From NCBI GenBank assembly GCA_051362555.1, contig CM120641.1, positions 4,216,001-4,280,000 on the forward strand: a DNA stretch of 64,000 nt, written 5' to 3'. The stretch's first letter is position 1; every line of letters begins with the position of its first letter. The stretch comes from Lingula anatina (lineage: Eukaryota; Animalia; Brachiopoda). The notes under the pieces are model-generated. The model made no database searches and was not told the DNA's origin. It worked only from the letters and a program-made list of their open reading frames with translations. Shown here piece after piece: positions 1-13,977 of the stretch. The position numbers and the translations under genes were made by a program.

Positions 1-2863
1 ACTGTTTCTCTGTCTCATCCTCCTCTTCCTCTTCATCATCATCATCATGATCATGGAATTCTGGGATCTCCAGCAGAGGTTTCTCATTGCTTTGGAACAT
101 GAATTCCCACAGAGTGCAGTCACCTAGGTCATACTTCATACCCTATCAAGGAAAAATAAAAATCTAGTTAAAACTGACATCATGTAAAAGTATGAGGGGA
201 AACCGGGTTTGAAATGTTCTAATTTCAACTGGATGATCAAGATTTACATTGGTTGAAACTTCTAATGTCACAAATTGAAATTCTCTTTATTTTATATTAA
301 TGATTGAGTACGTATAAAATGACAATCATATTTACTGAAAACAAAACAAAAAAAATGTATATAGTACATAAACATCAAAAACAGAGAAAGCAGAAAGGGG
401 AGAAATGTTTAACAAAACAGATATGATAAACCCCTAACTAAACAAACTTTAGGGTACATCTATTGTACTAGAATTTCCTCCACTGACCTTCACTCCATCA
501 GAACAGTCCTGCATGTTAACCCAATAGTTCTGGTGGTTCCAAAGACTTTCAATACCAAGATACTGGTGGGTGTCCAAGGGGACAGACAGACCTGTCAATG
601 GTTCAATGAAGAAACTTTCTGCAACTTCACGTTTGCCTTGCAGGACAAGTACCCAGGAGTGGATACGTAGACCAAATAAAGGATCTGGAGGTGGCTTTTC
701 TGCTTCCTACAAAAATACAAGGGTATTGTTATGTTTAAATCATAGCATGTTCATTCATCATAATTTATTTTGAAAATTCTACTTCTGTGCATTATTATTC
801 TTATCCTGTTCATTCACTTTAGTTTTCTTTTGTTGTAGCATTTGTTAGAACAAACTTAAATAAGTGAGATAAAATTATGAGAAAGGATATAATATGATGA
901 TTTTCTTTTACAATCAAACTTATTTTTAAATAAAAATTAAATATGATCGTTGATGTCAAATAGACCATTTCAATTCCTTAAACATTTTTACTCACAGCTA
1001 TTTTCTCTTCCTCTTCTTTTCTTCTCTTTGCTTCTTCTGCCTCTCGTTCAGCAACCTTTCTGCTTGCCATCATCTTTTCAAATTTACTGGTCAAATCCTT
1101 TGGAGGCTTAACTGTGTATTTCTTTACTTCTTTCTTTGCTGCTTCCTTTACAGCCTAAAATTTTAATTAAAAAGACTTAAATATTTCCTCACTCATGCCA
1201 TGCTGTCTAAAGCTTCAGTTAAATTATTTTTAAAATTGAAATATTCTCTGCCTTGGCTGTTATCAGACACTATTTGAATAATTGATATAAAAATATTACC
1301 TCTTCTTTCTTTTGCAGGAGTGGACAAATTTCTCTTGTTTCATCCATGAGGCAAGTCTCCTTTGTGGCATATCCACTTACAACATATGCATCATATCCAT
1401 TTCCTATCAGCAAAGAACACAGAAGAGTGCTGTATTCAAAGCAATTTCCCTTCTGTCTGTTTAAAACTGTGGTTGACGACAGCAGTCTCTTTGGCTATAG
1501 GAAAAATCAAAAAGACTGATAATAGGAAAACACAACAAAATGTTACTTAATGGCAACAATATCATATAAGACAATTCAATAAATTGCTAGAATATTTGTT
1601 TTCAATGCTTTCACTGAAGGAACACCTACTTTAACTTTTGCAATTGCGTCATTTTCATTCTGTGTGAACAGTTTTACAACATATTATATATCATACTTTG
1701 ATCTTTTTCTTAAGTTCATTTTTATTACAACAAGAGTTCAATATTTTGTAAATTGGTGAAAAACCTACCAAGTCAGTTGGAGGATTTAGTGGCTCAAAAT
1801 TGAGATAATCAGCCACAAATTCTGAAGCCCCATCCCAATCATATACTTCAGGAAACTGCAGTTGAGTTGGTCGGATAGTAGTAGAAACAAATTTCTGAAA
1901 AGGAAAAGTTCTCTTGAAAAAAACTTGTGAATACAAAGGAAATGCAAAACAAACAACCTACTGCATGGTTTTAGACACATGCATGTTTTGAAAAATACTC
2001 AATTTTTCTTAAGTGTAAAGCTAATTTTATAATAATAAAATGATTCATATCCTCCTCATAATTCAGACCTCATATAGCAGTAGGTAAATGATAACAAACT
2101 CATTCCACAAATTAAAAAAAAACAATTACCTCCACACCACACTCATTGACTGGGTTGAGAAGCAAGGGCTTCCTGTCTCTGTACAAGTGCACATACTGCC
2201 TTCTGAAGTTCTCAGCATATGCTAGCACAAGTTTTTCCTTTGGTAAATTTTCCCTGTATGATTGATCAAATTCTTCTAAGTCGAATTTTTCTTCAGGTCT
2301 ACAAGGACAAAAAATTACTAGCTGGGTATGTAATGGTTAAAAACAATTGTGAAATAACATTGTTCACAATTGTTTTATGGGCAAATATAGTTCTAAGATA
2401 TAAAAAAAGGTTTACACTAGAGTTTTGGCAAAATTAAGACAAATGCAACAAGGCAAGGCGGTGATGAAAAATCATTATTGCAACACGCAGAGTGAAGTCT
2501 GTGGAAGTACCTGTATGTTATGTATCCGTAAGGGCCGTATGCAAAGTTAAAATCAAAGTTTGGTGCAGCGTGCATTACTTTGTTATCTCTGCTTGACAAA
2601 GACAAGTGATAATCGCTGAATATGCATCAGAAGCAAAGCGTGTTATCTGCAACTTACAAAACTTCTTTGGGTTGTTCAACCTTTATCTTCTCAAGTTCTG
2701 CTTTCAAATTTTCTACTTCTTTTTGGATATCTCCTTCAGTAGGTGGCGCTTCTCCGTCTTCGCCATTATCGCCATCACCGTTTTCCACACCCTTTTCAGG
2801 GTCTATCTTCTCGTCAGCTTCATCTTCATTTACAGTGTCTATTTTTTCCGTCTCTTCACTCAT
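1..2863 (-). CDS. DRC7: Dynein regulatory complex subunit 7 (CCDC135), 5' part; multi-exon, continues beyond left edge
   Basis: ATG at 2863 (MSEETEKID...). GT-AG exons at about 2658-2863, 2130-2298, 1768-1893, 1300-1494, 995-1154, 489-705 and 1-142. They splice to YAENFRRQYVHLYRDRKPLLLNPVNECGVE-KFVSTTIRPTQLQFPEVYDWDGASEFVADYL...GNCFEYSTLLCSLLIGNGYDAYVVSGYA...LRIHSWVLVL...YLGIESLWNHQNYWVNMQ, which I recognise as DRC7. Confidence 0.9.
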
Positions 2864-3430
2864 TTTTATCTCATTCACTGTGAAATCTAGCTAGTTATTT
2901 CTTGGGCCAAATAACTAACTGTTAGAAGCTCTTGTGCTTACGCACCCTAGCAACGCAGTAAAAAAGAGCCATATTTCATGTATCAAAATACCTAATGAAC
3001 TGGGGCGAAACATTCAAGCACTTATCCTATAATAATATGCGCATTCTATTTTTTCAGTTGTAAGCCAAGTTAATCAAATCACGCCACTTTAAAATCGGGT
3101 GCGCATGAATTTAAAATGAAATAAGGCACAGAAACGGATATAGCAAATGCGCACGCGTAGGTACTTTTATCGATAGATGTCAACTATTTCAAGATACACT
3201 CATTGTGGTATTTGTTGCGAATTTTTATATCATTAATTCTTTGATATTCTCTCATGAAAATTAGATATATGATGATTTAAGTAATATTACGATGTTTTAT
3301 GACTTCTCACTACTAAAATTTGTTACTGCTATTGGTCTTGTATTGGATAAAACACCATCTATTACCGTAGCAGATAGTCGCAGACCCGCACGTGTGTGGG
3401 TAAATACACTTACAATTTTAACTAAAACAT
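2864..3430. promoter_or_regulatory. Putative bidirectional promoter DRC7/TTC27
   Basis: 567 bp between divergent start codons, locally CpG-richer, with NRF1-like TGCGCA motifs near 3038, 3101 and 3148. Confidence 0.6.
2942..2954 (-). promoter_or_regulatory. RFX X-box-like element upstream of DRC7
   Basis: GTTGCTAGGGTGC on the minus strand about 80 nt upstream of the DRC7 ATG. It has one good GTTGCTAG half-site. RFX control of motile-cilia genes is established. Confidence 0.5.
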
Positions 3431-6400
3431 ATGATCATGGATCGACAAGGCTTCGTTCAAGACATAGAGTTTGCTTTATTGAAAGGGGTAACACCCATGA
3501 TAGACAGTTCTGATTTCGAAAGAGGTACGAAAGTACAAATTGTTCAAATATTGTAATTTCACGTAAATGTATCTGATGAATCATACTAGACTAGTACTAA
3601 TACTAGTAGTACATGTAAGCTAGTAGTATATTTGTCAAATTGAATTAGTTTGACATATTTCTGGGTTTTTTATCAGCAAACAACACAAAATTGTTTGTCT
3701 TTGCTCATTTTAATTTGTATACTTTCAGAGGCTAATGCAAGAGAACTTCTGAAATATGCATCCGAAGGCCAATTTGAGCAGGCATTATCATCAATATTGC
3801 CCAGGTGTATTCTCAGTGATATCAAAAATACAACTCCAGTGGACCAGATAGTTGACATAATTCAAACATGTGTGAAGTCATATGTGTCATCAGGAGGGTC
3901 AGAATCATGGAGGTAGGCAGCTTAAAAATGTGAACCAGATGATCAGATGTAAAAACATGTTCTTGAAACATGCTGGAAGATTGTGTTAGAATCATGTTTG
4001 ACATCGTACACCCGACATGTGCATGTAAATTTATTAAGTCTATTGGTTTGTCATATAGGTCCCAGAAAACATTAAATTGAATTAAATTAAGTGCTGGACA
4101 TGTTAAACTTTCATTGGTTTAGATGATTGGGATTAACTTGTAGAGTATAATTTTTTAGGATTTAGATACTTAATACAACAGAGAAAAATGTTATTTTCAC
4201 TTCATATACTTTTTTATTCGGCATATTCAAATTCTTGGCCCAGATAATATTATCTTTAATGTTATTATTTTGAATTTTAACATGTTAATGTGATATTTAA
4301 TCTTTGTAATCAACCACTTTTCTGTGTTAATAAATATAATTTGACATACCCAGTATTGTATACCAGACAATATATGACAGTATTTTAATTGAGATTTGAG
4401 AAATAATATATTTATACTGAACCTTTTTCAGGCAATTAGAGATTTTGTTGGCAGCTATATGCAGTCTCCAGTTGTTTGTTCAGAACAATTGGACTGGTCC
4501 TCCAACTAACAAAGACCCAGTGCAGTTTTTGCCTTATGAAGAATCAGAGTTTGAAAAAGTAAGGAATATTTGATGAACAGTCATAGAAAACTGAAAGTCA
4601 ATTTTCAAAGATATTACTAAAAAATTAACAGATAAAAGGGCACAATTTCTACTCCATAATAATAAGCTAAACTGAAATGCAATTATTTGATATATTCATC
4701 TATTTATTTGGTATTTTATCTTCTTGCTTTAGATCAAATATCATGTCCTGGATTCCCTACAAGTAGATGGTGAATCAGCTTACCCACTTGCAAGGTTTCC
4801 ATTGTATCTGCTCATTGCAAAAACTTTGTTGCAAGATTGCAGAGAGTCCATGTCTGGTTGTATTGTGAGTATACTAAGTGCATGTATATTCTATATGTTT
4901 AGTTTGATAGAAATTATGTTAGTCATCTTGTCATATTTGTAAGCTGTCAAATTTGAATTTTAATTTATTGAAGTTTTCATTGCTATTTTCATATTTGGTT
5001 GGGAAAATTGAATTTCAATATAAGTGATTAAGAATTAAATTAAAAATTAATAGGTACCTTAGAATTTGACTATAAGTGTACACAGACCAAAGTTTTTGTA
5101 GATATCTTAAGAATTTATGATTTGCTTTTCTTAGAGTAATGACTGGTGGCTGTTTAGATGTCTTGTGACGCATCAAAAGTTGCTACAGGAGAGGTCACCC
5201 ACTCTCAAGACAGCTGTTGTGGACCTCATTGATTCTGGTAAGTTGTAAGCAGTGATTTAGGAAAAGTATTCATATATCATTATGTGGTGATTGATACTAG
5301 GTCGTTTTAATTTCACTTGCAATGGTTTTATGTGTTTTATTTTTCAAGAGGTAATTTTGAAGGCAATATTGATGCAAAAGCTAATGCACACTGAAATATG
5401 ATTGTGTAATATTTATAATAAATTTCCTTCATTAGTCTGCCAACTTTGGATTTTTTTTTTTTTAGTTTCGAAAAATGATACCTTGCTTGAAAATAATGAA
5501 AACAGACTTCTCAAGATGCAGTTTTACATGGAAGCACACGCTGCCAGTATGTTCTATTTTGAGAACACCAAAGCTAAACAACTCATTGAAGTGGTTCAAA
5601 AAGGATCTGGACTACAAATTGAGTTAACTGGTAAGGTTTTACTTTTTCTGAGACAGGTACATAGGTAGAAAATTGTTGAAAAACAAATCAATATGATATG
5701 CCATTTGAAGACTTGCATAATTTCTCTTAGCTTGCAGACAAATGGAACTGACACAACAGATAAACACAAGGTTTCAGTTTGTCCATATTTTTAGAATCCT
5801 TGTTGTCATTTTTGAAAAGTTGCCTCCTTATTTTTTATACCCAGGAACTCATTCAGACATGTAAGGTACACACACATTTTTCATTTGAGTCCAAAATGAC
5901 CCATTAGTTCAAAAATCTGAGGGGAGCCTTAACAAATCATAAAATGTGATGGTATTCTAATAAAATATCAAATTATTCCCATGCAGTCATGTTTGATATT
6001 CTGTATCCTCAGGTGCTCTTGGTAAACGCAGCAGATATCAAAAAGAAGACCAAGCCGAGTTGATCCTGAAAGTTTCCAGGCAATCAGAGGCAGGAGATAG
6101 CAGAGATAGCGAGAGGGCAGAGGAAACCATGTCTAAGGAGATAGAGACTGGAGGAAATGGAGATCGTGAGAAGGCAAAGGAAACAGCCAGTGCAGCAGAG
6201 AGTGGGAAAGAGCCAGAAAAGATAATGCCCAAGGTAATTTACAACTAACACACACAGGCAGCTGACATTTCATGTCTCATTTTAGGCTGCTTAGGTTTGT
6301 TCAATAGTATTTTACAGTAGTGTTTAATCAAAAATAATGAAAATAATGATTGAAAATTGAAATTTAAATGATATTATGACAGATTGTAAATAGCCAATTT

Positions 6401-9400
6401 TCTGAGAAAAAAACATTCTTATGGTGAGACTACAAGTAGATAAGTTTGATAATAGAATGTCAGTGCTTATTTGACTGTTTTACTTTTGCATTCTAGGATA
6501 TCTGTCTGAATGATGATACATTCCTGAACCATATAGAGTTTACGGATGAAAATAATCCTTTAAATTACAGCGTATCTGCAGTTGAACAAGCTATTGTTTT
6601 GAGCGTTTGGTAAGACCTGGGACTGGGATTTGTTGTTTTTTTGTAGTTATAATTATGTGATATGTAATAATTTCAAAAAATGTATAATCATACTGCTTAA
6701 TAGAATATTTTTATTTTTAGTTTTTATGCTACTTATTATTCATATGAGTATTAATAATAGACAAAATTCTGATAAAATGTTTAGTAGGGGAAACCTTTCT
6801 TGTTTTCAGCTTGGACATGCGTTACAATAACCCTGCTCATGAAAGATTAACTGATGTTGCAACCCTAGCTTTTATTCATGTAAGTATTCTTACCTCTTTA
6901 AGTCTTTAAAAAAGCTTCCTATGCCAATGCTAATTGTTAACTTCTTGTTATAAATGAATTTTAAAAAATGGGCAAAAGAAAAGAAAAATGGTTTTAAGAA
7001 GGCTATATATAGGAATTATCAGAAACATCATAGTGTAAATTAAAAATTGTATGAAATATCGACTCCTTGCATGATATATCTGAGCATGTAAAAGTGTGTT
7101 TTATTTGACCAGACACTTCTACACCTTCCCCAAGACTGGTGTGTTCAGACTGTGGCCCTGAATATGAGGTCCCAGTTGGAGAAGGACAGCAGACGTCGAG
7201 TGGAGCGATCTATGATGCAGCTTGAGGTATTGCTTGGATATATGCTTAACATTATACTCAAGTACATGATGCATAATTTTTTTTATAAAGAACATGAGAA
7301 AGGTAGCATTTATAGAATCATGTTTTAAACATTAGATAGAATACAGTAATTGAAGGATATGAAAATCTTAAAGGTAGCTCTTTGAAAAGGTTTTTTTCAT
7401 TGTAAATATAGACCTATTTTTGAATGTGGATGATACAGGCATTTGCCAACGTGATTAGTATTCAGTTAAATAATGAACAGAATAATGGGGAATTTACATA
7501 TCTTTGAGGTAAAGAAAAATGATACGAGTCCCAGTATTAAACTCATTTTCCAATTTTACAGGAATTAGTGAAACAATTTGATCGCCCTGAACCAGATGGC
7601 AGAACGAGATTGTCCTTGGTTTACTGTACGAATCTCCCTCCCAAGTGGAAAATACAGGTTTGAGAGAACTTTGCTTCAACTAAGAAACGGACAAATATTT
7701 ATTCTTCATTACAGTAACATATATACTTCACTCATACAAAGGTCCAGCATATTAAAAGGGGTGGTGCACACACATCAAAGGTATTTTTTTTAATTGGGTG
7801 CAATTGCATATTGCTGTGCTAATGTAGGCCTGGGATCTGTCTTTTTTGAAAGGGGCTGTGTCTTCCAATGTCTGTAAGTTATAGTTATCCAAAAAATAAT
7901 TTTAGCATTTTTTTATTTCTAGGAAGATTTGGGTGATTTCTTTGTGAGTTTGGGTTGTATCAGCAGTGCCATGGAGACCTTTGAGAAAGTAGAAAACTGG
8001 GACAAACTGATTGTGTGCTATGTGCAATTGGAAAAGAAAGACAAGGTACAAAGTCATAAGATGAGAAAGAAATGCCTCTTTGGAATTAAAATCTGTAACA
8101 GTGGATCTCATTGATTGCCACAGACTTTTGTTTTACTAAGTATTTTTTTTCTACTCAAAGTCTTCAGACAAATAAAAAGCAAGAATTTTCCATATCTGAA
8201 GATTCAGCACGCTCATTCAGAGAAGCAGCAGAGGTCATCTTTGTTGATGGTTTTTAAATCTGCATTTGCAATATCTCTTGTAGCATGTTAAAAAATAGTG
8301 TTTTAAAAATTCCGGGTGAGTTGAAATGATTGTATTTTAGTCTCAAATGTTGAAAGACAGTATTTTTCTATCCTGCACTCTGCTGGATTATAACAAGTAA
8401 ATCTTTTTGAATGCCAGTACTGTATTTTACACCTTTGTTTTACAGGCGGAGAAAGTGATTCGTGAAAGGCTGGCAGTTAAGGAAACTCCAGACTTGTGGT
8501 GCTACCTGGGAGATGTTCTACAGGATGAACAATATTATAACAAAGCATGGGAATTGTCTAATCACAGGTTTGCTTTTTAATGATTGGAATAGATATGATG
8601 CTTATATTAAACCTGGCAGGTATGCTTGGAGAATTGTGCATTTGAAAAGTATATGTTTGACTTAGGAAATCTTTAAAATTTTTGAAAAAAGTTTCAGAAA
8701 AATTGAAAATGTTGTTATCAAGTAGCATGTTGTTTCTTTCTTTATTTACAAATTGCATATGTTGATGCTGCCCAATATTCATTATGAAATAGCATTGTAC
8801 CTCGTCTCTAGCCCACATCTACTCTACTGTTTTAGAAGTGGCAGATCACAGAAGTTGCTTGGGTTCTTGTACCTGAGGACAGGGAAATACAAAGAGTGCA
8901 TTGAATGCTTTGAGAAATCTTTGAGCATAAATTATCTGCAGGTAAGCATGTTTTAAGTTAGGTGATGTCACAAGTGAGAACAGTTTGATAAGTTAGGGAG
9001 GTTATGTATTTGAATGAATTCAAAAGGGTTAAAATGAGTTGATAAAGGTTAGGCTTGCTTTAGTGATTTGCAGTTGGCACACATATATTGAAAAATTCTG
9101 AAGTAAGTAGTTTTCAAATCTGTCTGAAAATTTTTTATCCTCAGTGTGGAACACAGTTTAGCTTATGTTTTGTGAAGATGATTACATTGTCATGTGCAAT
9201 AAAGTTTTAATTCAAGAGTGGAACCAGTGTTAGAAATTAAGGCTGGACCGTCTGCCCGGGTTAGACAACTTTCAGAATGGTCCAAGAAGTTTTCCCTACT
9301 GGCAGACATTCTGTCCAGTTACTTCCTTCGGTCCAGCAACTAATTTTCCTAAGAGGCAAACACTTAGTGGAACCATTTTGAAAATTTAGTTTTTGACTTG

Positions 9401-12185
9401 TCTGTTAGTAGATGATTACTATCACTGTAAGGCCATTGTGTCCTACTATCAGGAAACTTGGCTGGCCAGTGGCAGTTCACCCAAGTGATGAGGTAGCCAT
9501 CTGTTGCCGAGGCAGATTGAGGCCGTCTTCTGGGTCTTCCGGAAGAGGGTCAGATTTTCCTGTTTGCATTGAGGGATATCTATTTTTTCTGTCGAAAGAC
9601 AGTCAAAAATGGAGGATAGATCAACAAAAATAATTTGGAAGACTGTAAGAAAATATCTCTGGATCTGCCCCTGTATTGGCTGACATAGTCTAGAAACAAA
9701 GAACTTGTGGCTGTGTTATCTCAACTGGATGTCTGACAGCCACATGAACTTTATTATAATGAATCATGGTCATTTGGTAGTGCTAGTTATCGTGAATGAG
9801 AATTCCCAGCTCCATACGTGCTGCAGCTTAGGTTGTATTCTCTCCAGAGAAATGAGAGGGATTCAGGATTGAAAAGATCCATCGTTACCAGCCACATATG
9901 GCATTACAAGTAATGAGCAGGTTAAAAAAATGTGTGTGTGTGTGTGCGCGTGCATGCGCTGTTATATATAATTTCTATGTATTTATCCTTGGGTTGCCGG
10001 ATTATTTAACAACAACGACAACAACGATAATAATAAAATAAACTATTTATGTTTTTTTCTGTTCAGATCCCAGTGTGGTACTCCTGTGGCTGTGCTTGTT
10101 TATTGGTGCAAGATTTCAAGAAAGCTGCCAATGCATTCAGGAATTGTGTTACATTGGAAAGTGATGTAAGAATCTTATGCTCCAGTCAAATAGTTAGGTC
10201 TACATGAGGTGCTGTAGAAGATGATTCTTAAACACTTCTTTTTTATTACACAACTAAGATTTTATTATTTATGGTTAGGGCAGAAAAAAGAATTGTGGTA
10301 ATATTAAAGGTTTTTAGAATTGAGATTAACAAACATCAGTGCTCACATAACTAAGTGCTTTGATAGTAGTTACAGATTTCTGCATATTTACTTTTTCTTC
10401 ATTGCAGAATTTTGAAGCTTGGAATAACCTTTCACTTGCATACATTCGATCAGGTCAAAAGTAAGTTCTTTTTTTTTTTACTGTCTGAGCATGTCAATAT
10501 ACTTCAAATGGCTTCAAATGACATGATTGATTTTTATTTGGCTTAATTAGAATTGTGTTTTAGAATCATTTTTAATGTTAAAAAGTAATTTGGAGTAATA
10601 TTTGCTTTCAGGTACACCCCTCTTGTCTATTACCTTGAACCAAGTCACCATGCAATATTTTGTAATCAGTATTTTAAACAAAACTATTTTGAAAAATGTA
10701 ACAGACATTTTTTGCGAGAAAATGCTGTAAATTTTTTTCAGAGAAAGAGCATTCAGGACACTCCAAGAAGCAGTAAAATGTGACTATAATAACTGGAGGA
10801 TATGGGAGAACATATTAATAGTAAGTAACATGTGTGTGAATGTGTGTGTGTGTTCTATTTTCTATTTATTTATTTTTTAGTCGGTATTATTTGATATTAA
10901 ATGTTTTACATCTATTTGAAAATAACTATTTTTTAAATCAGTTTCCACAGAAACTGGTATATTGGTTTGCATAAGTCCTATGAACTGAACTCACATAAAT
11001 TATTTTATTTTTACACATCAATTTCTTGACAATTGAATATGTATTCATGTGACTGAATGCTCTTTCCAGACAGCTGCAGATGTTGGTGAATTCACACATC
11101 TTATAAGAGCATACCACAGACTTCTGGATATCAGAGATAAACATGAAGATCCCTTGGTAAATGGCATTCTATGAACATTCTTCTGACAAATTTTATGGTT
11201 GGAAATTCTTTTTAGGTTATATATAAAAACAGTTTGATGTTTTCACAATCTTTTTGTCAGATTCTAGAAGTTTGGTTCCAAGTTGAACTGTATCCTCTGT
11301 TAAATAATATATGAACTGGTATTTATGTTTTCATTGTTCTTTTTGATAGGTTTTAGAGATTTTAGTGAAAGCCATCAACCAGGACCTTTCGGATGCCCAA
11401 GACAAGCCAGCCTCCAAACTAAGACCCAAGGCCCTGGAACTGTTTGGAAGGATTACTTCCAAGGTAAAATAAATGAGAGGTTTATATAATATACCTGATG
11501 AATATTGCAATGGAAACACACCAGGCTTTATAAGATAAAATTCAGGGATGAAAAAACAGGCTGTAAAGCACCAGTACTATATACAGCAGTAACCAGTAAA
11601 CTTATACGAGATTTTTTGTATATTTGTAACTATGTTTGTGTGATAATATTTTTAGTATCTATGTAGAATATATCAATAGCTTTTGGTAGACATAAAAAAT
11701 TTAAACATTAAATGTTAAGTTCAGAAGTACATTTTGATCATCAGCACACTAAGTTTTTTAGAAAAAACATATCTTAATATATCTTCTTACTTCCATTAAT
11801 TTTATTAAGGTGACAAACAGTGCCTCCATCTGGTACTCCTACAGTGAACTAGTTAAAGGACAGGAGAACTTGTCTCTTGAAGATGAGGAAAAAGCTCTAC
11901 AACACCTCCAGAAGTCTCACAGGTGTCTGACACTGGTGGCAAACTGGGAGAAAGAGGTCTCCAAGTGTGAGAAAATCTGCAAGAGGTCAATTCAGTTAGC
12001 AGAAGGTGATTGATATATTTTATTTTTGTGTCACTTTCTGTCTGAAATAACGTTTTTTTTTTTTTAATAAACCAAGAGATAAAGTATACTGAAAAGTTGA
12101 ATAAATAGGTTTTATGATAGATTTTCCACTTTAAAAAATACATAATATAAATCTTTTTCAGACATCCTACACTTTTATGCAAAAA

Positions 12186-12223
<38 letters not shown>

Positions 12224-12895
12224 AATAAAAAGCTTATTCTTTAAGACATGTCATCTATTTTTCCAGCATACACAAGTTACTGTGAGAAGTGTGGGAATAC
12301 AGCCACAGCCATACAGACAGCCTCTGCCTGCAAGCTGATGCTCAGAGGAGTTCTCTCAAAGATCAAGGTAGGGCATTTTATTCAGCACTATTTTAGACAT
12401 ATACATTTACTTTGCTATAAAGATCGTTTCTGTTGGCCAAAGAAGGTAAATTCCTTTTTGCATTTTATCATCTATTTTGTAAAAAAAAAAAGAAAAAAAT
12501 TTCATAGTTTCATCAGGCTTATGTCAGAGGTTGTTTCTCTTTTAAAGATTTTCTCTATTAAGGTGGATGGGCAGGATTATTAATCCAATATAAAAACTAC
12601 AACTGCAACTTTTTTTTTTTGAATATGATGTTACATTGCAAGTTATTAATATTAGCCAGATCATGTCCATAAAGTGATGTTCATATGGACATTTCCCCAA
12701 ATTCAATTTTAACAATTAGGGTATAAAGTTCTCTCTGAAATTTGAGCTGAGCTACATGGTAACTTTTTTTTTCAGCAAAAGCAGTCAACATCTGCTGAGA
12801 GTGTGGTGCCTGAACTTCAAGAAGACTACAACAAATTGGAGGAACACTTGCAGGAGACAGAACAGTTGCTAACAAGATTAAAATCCTCATCTTGA
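3431..12895 (+). CDS. TTC27: Tetratricopeptide repeat protein 27, about 22 exons
   Basis: ATG at 3431 or 3437, TGA at 12893-12895. Exons encode [30 protein letters not shown]...[44 protein letters not shown] and TPR helices such as [37 protein letters not shown] and NWRIWEN. All splice at GT-AG. Confidence 0.9.
9225..9352. mobile_element. Degenerate MITE remnant in TTC27 intron
   Basis: cagtgttagaaattaaggctggaccg at left, with a partial inverted counterpart cggtccagcaactaattttcctaa at right. Confidence 0.4.
9522..9673. mobile_element. Interspersed repeat (hAT-like MITE fragment), copy 1
   Basis: Aligns by eye with 48475-48629 (gccgtcttctgggtcttcc...tcaaaaatg.aggat.gatcaacaaa.ataa.tggaagactgt.agaaaa...ctggatctg.ccctg). 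Confidence 0.6.
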
Positions 12896-13977
12896 CTTTC
12901 TGGAATTTCAAACTTTTCGTTCATTTAAAGTCATTGCTGGTCTAGATACTGGACAACAACCCTGAACTAAAAGCAGGAAGACGACTTTCACTAGTCTCTT
13001 TGTGTGGTGCAATCAACACTATAATGTGAGACATTGCGTATCTATCTTAAAACACTTTTCTACAATGGGTCAAGTCTTAAATTTACAACAAACATGTCCA
13101 CTAATATTAAATGTAAGCAGCAAAAGAGGAGTCTGAATAATTGAGGAAACTTATTTGATATCTTTGGAGCAAATACACGTCTTACATAAATTTTTTTACA
13201 CGTTATAAATATAATATGATTGTAAATTTCAGATCATACTGTTATAAGCACTTGACAACACAATTTATTGTTGGAATATTTTATAGCAAAAATAATGGAG
13301 ACATATTACATGTGCACAATTGTGTTATACAGTGTGAAAAACATCAACAAATTGATTATGACCGTTAATCAAATGAAAGGGGAAGCACCATCAAGTTGCC
13401 AAGCTCACAAGACTGAGTCAACCAACATTATTCTTAGAAATACTCACTGATGTAATTATAGCCCACTTACCATTAATCCCTCAAATAAAAAAAAATGTAA
13501 ATTTATTTTTGCAAAAGATCAAAGGTACACCCCGGTTGTGTACTGATGAATTTTAATGAAAACTTTGTAGTCATCAGAATTGTGTAGAGTAAGTGTCTCT
13601 CATATTGTACTCCTGCCCCAACATTAATTACAGCAAAAAATTGAAAGACCTCAAATTGTGTTCAGTGACCACAATGTAAAGAGGGTTGAATCTTGAAACA
13701 GAAACTCAATTAAAAGACTTCTTTTACAAAATAAAAGACAAAACATTGCTGGTACACATTCACTACATTGCATTGATTAAAAAAATGAAAATGGCTCATT
13801 AAATGACATCCTTACAGTACTGAAATGATTAGACTAGATATCCTGTATGATGTGATGATATTTGTGCACCGTTTACACAAACAACAACAATCTCCACCTT
13901 AATGAATCTAGTTGAAATCTCTGGCATATTTGTCACATTAACAATCACTTCGATATCTTATCCTTTGAAAATAAGTC

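Noticed and set aside
2864-2878. ORF-track start of DRC7 at 2878
   Set aside because: That codon is GTG. The first in-frame ATG is at 2863.
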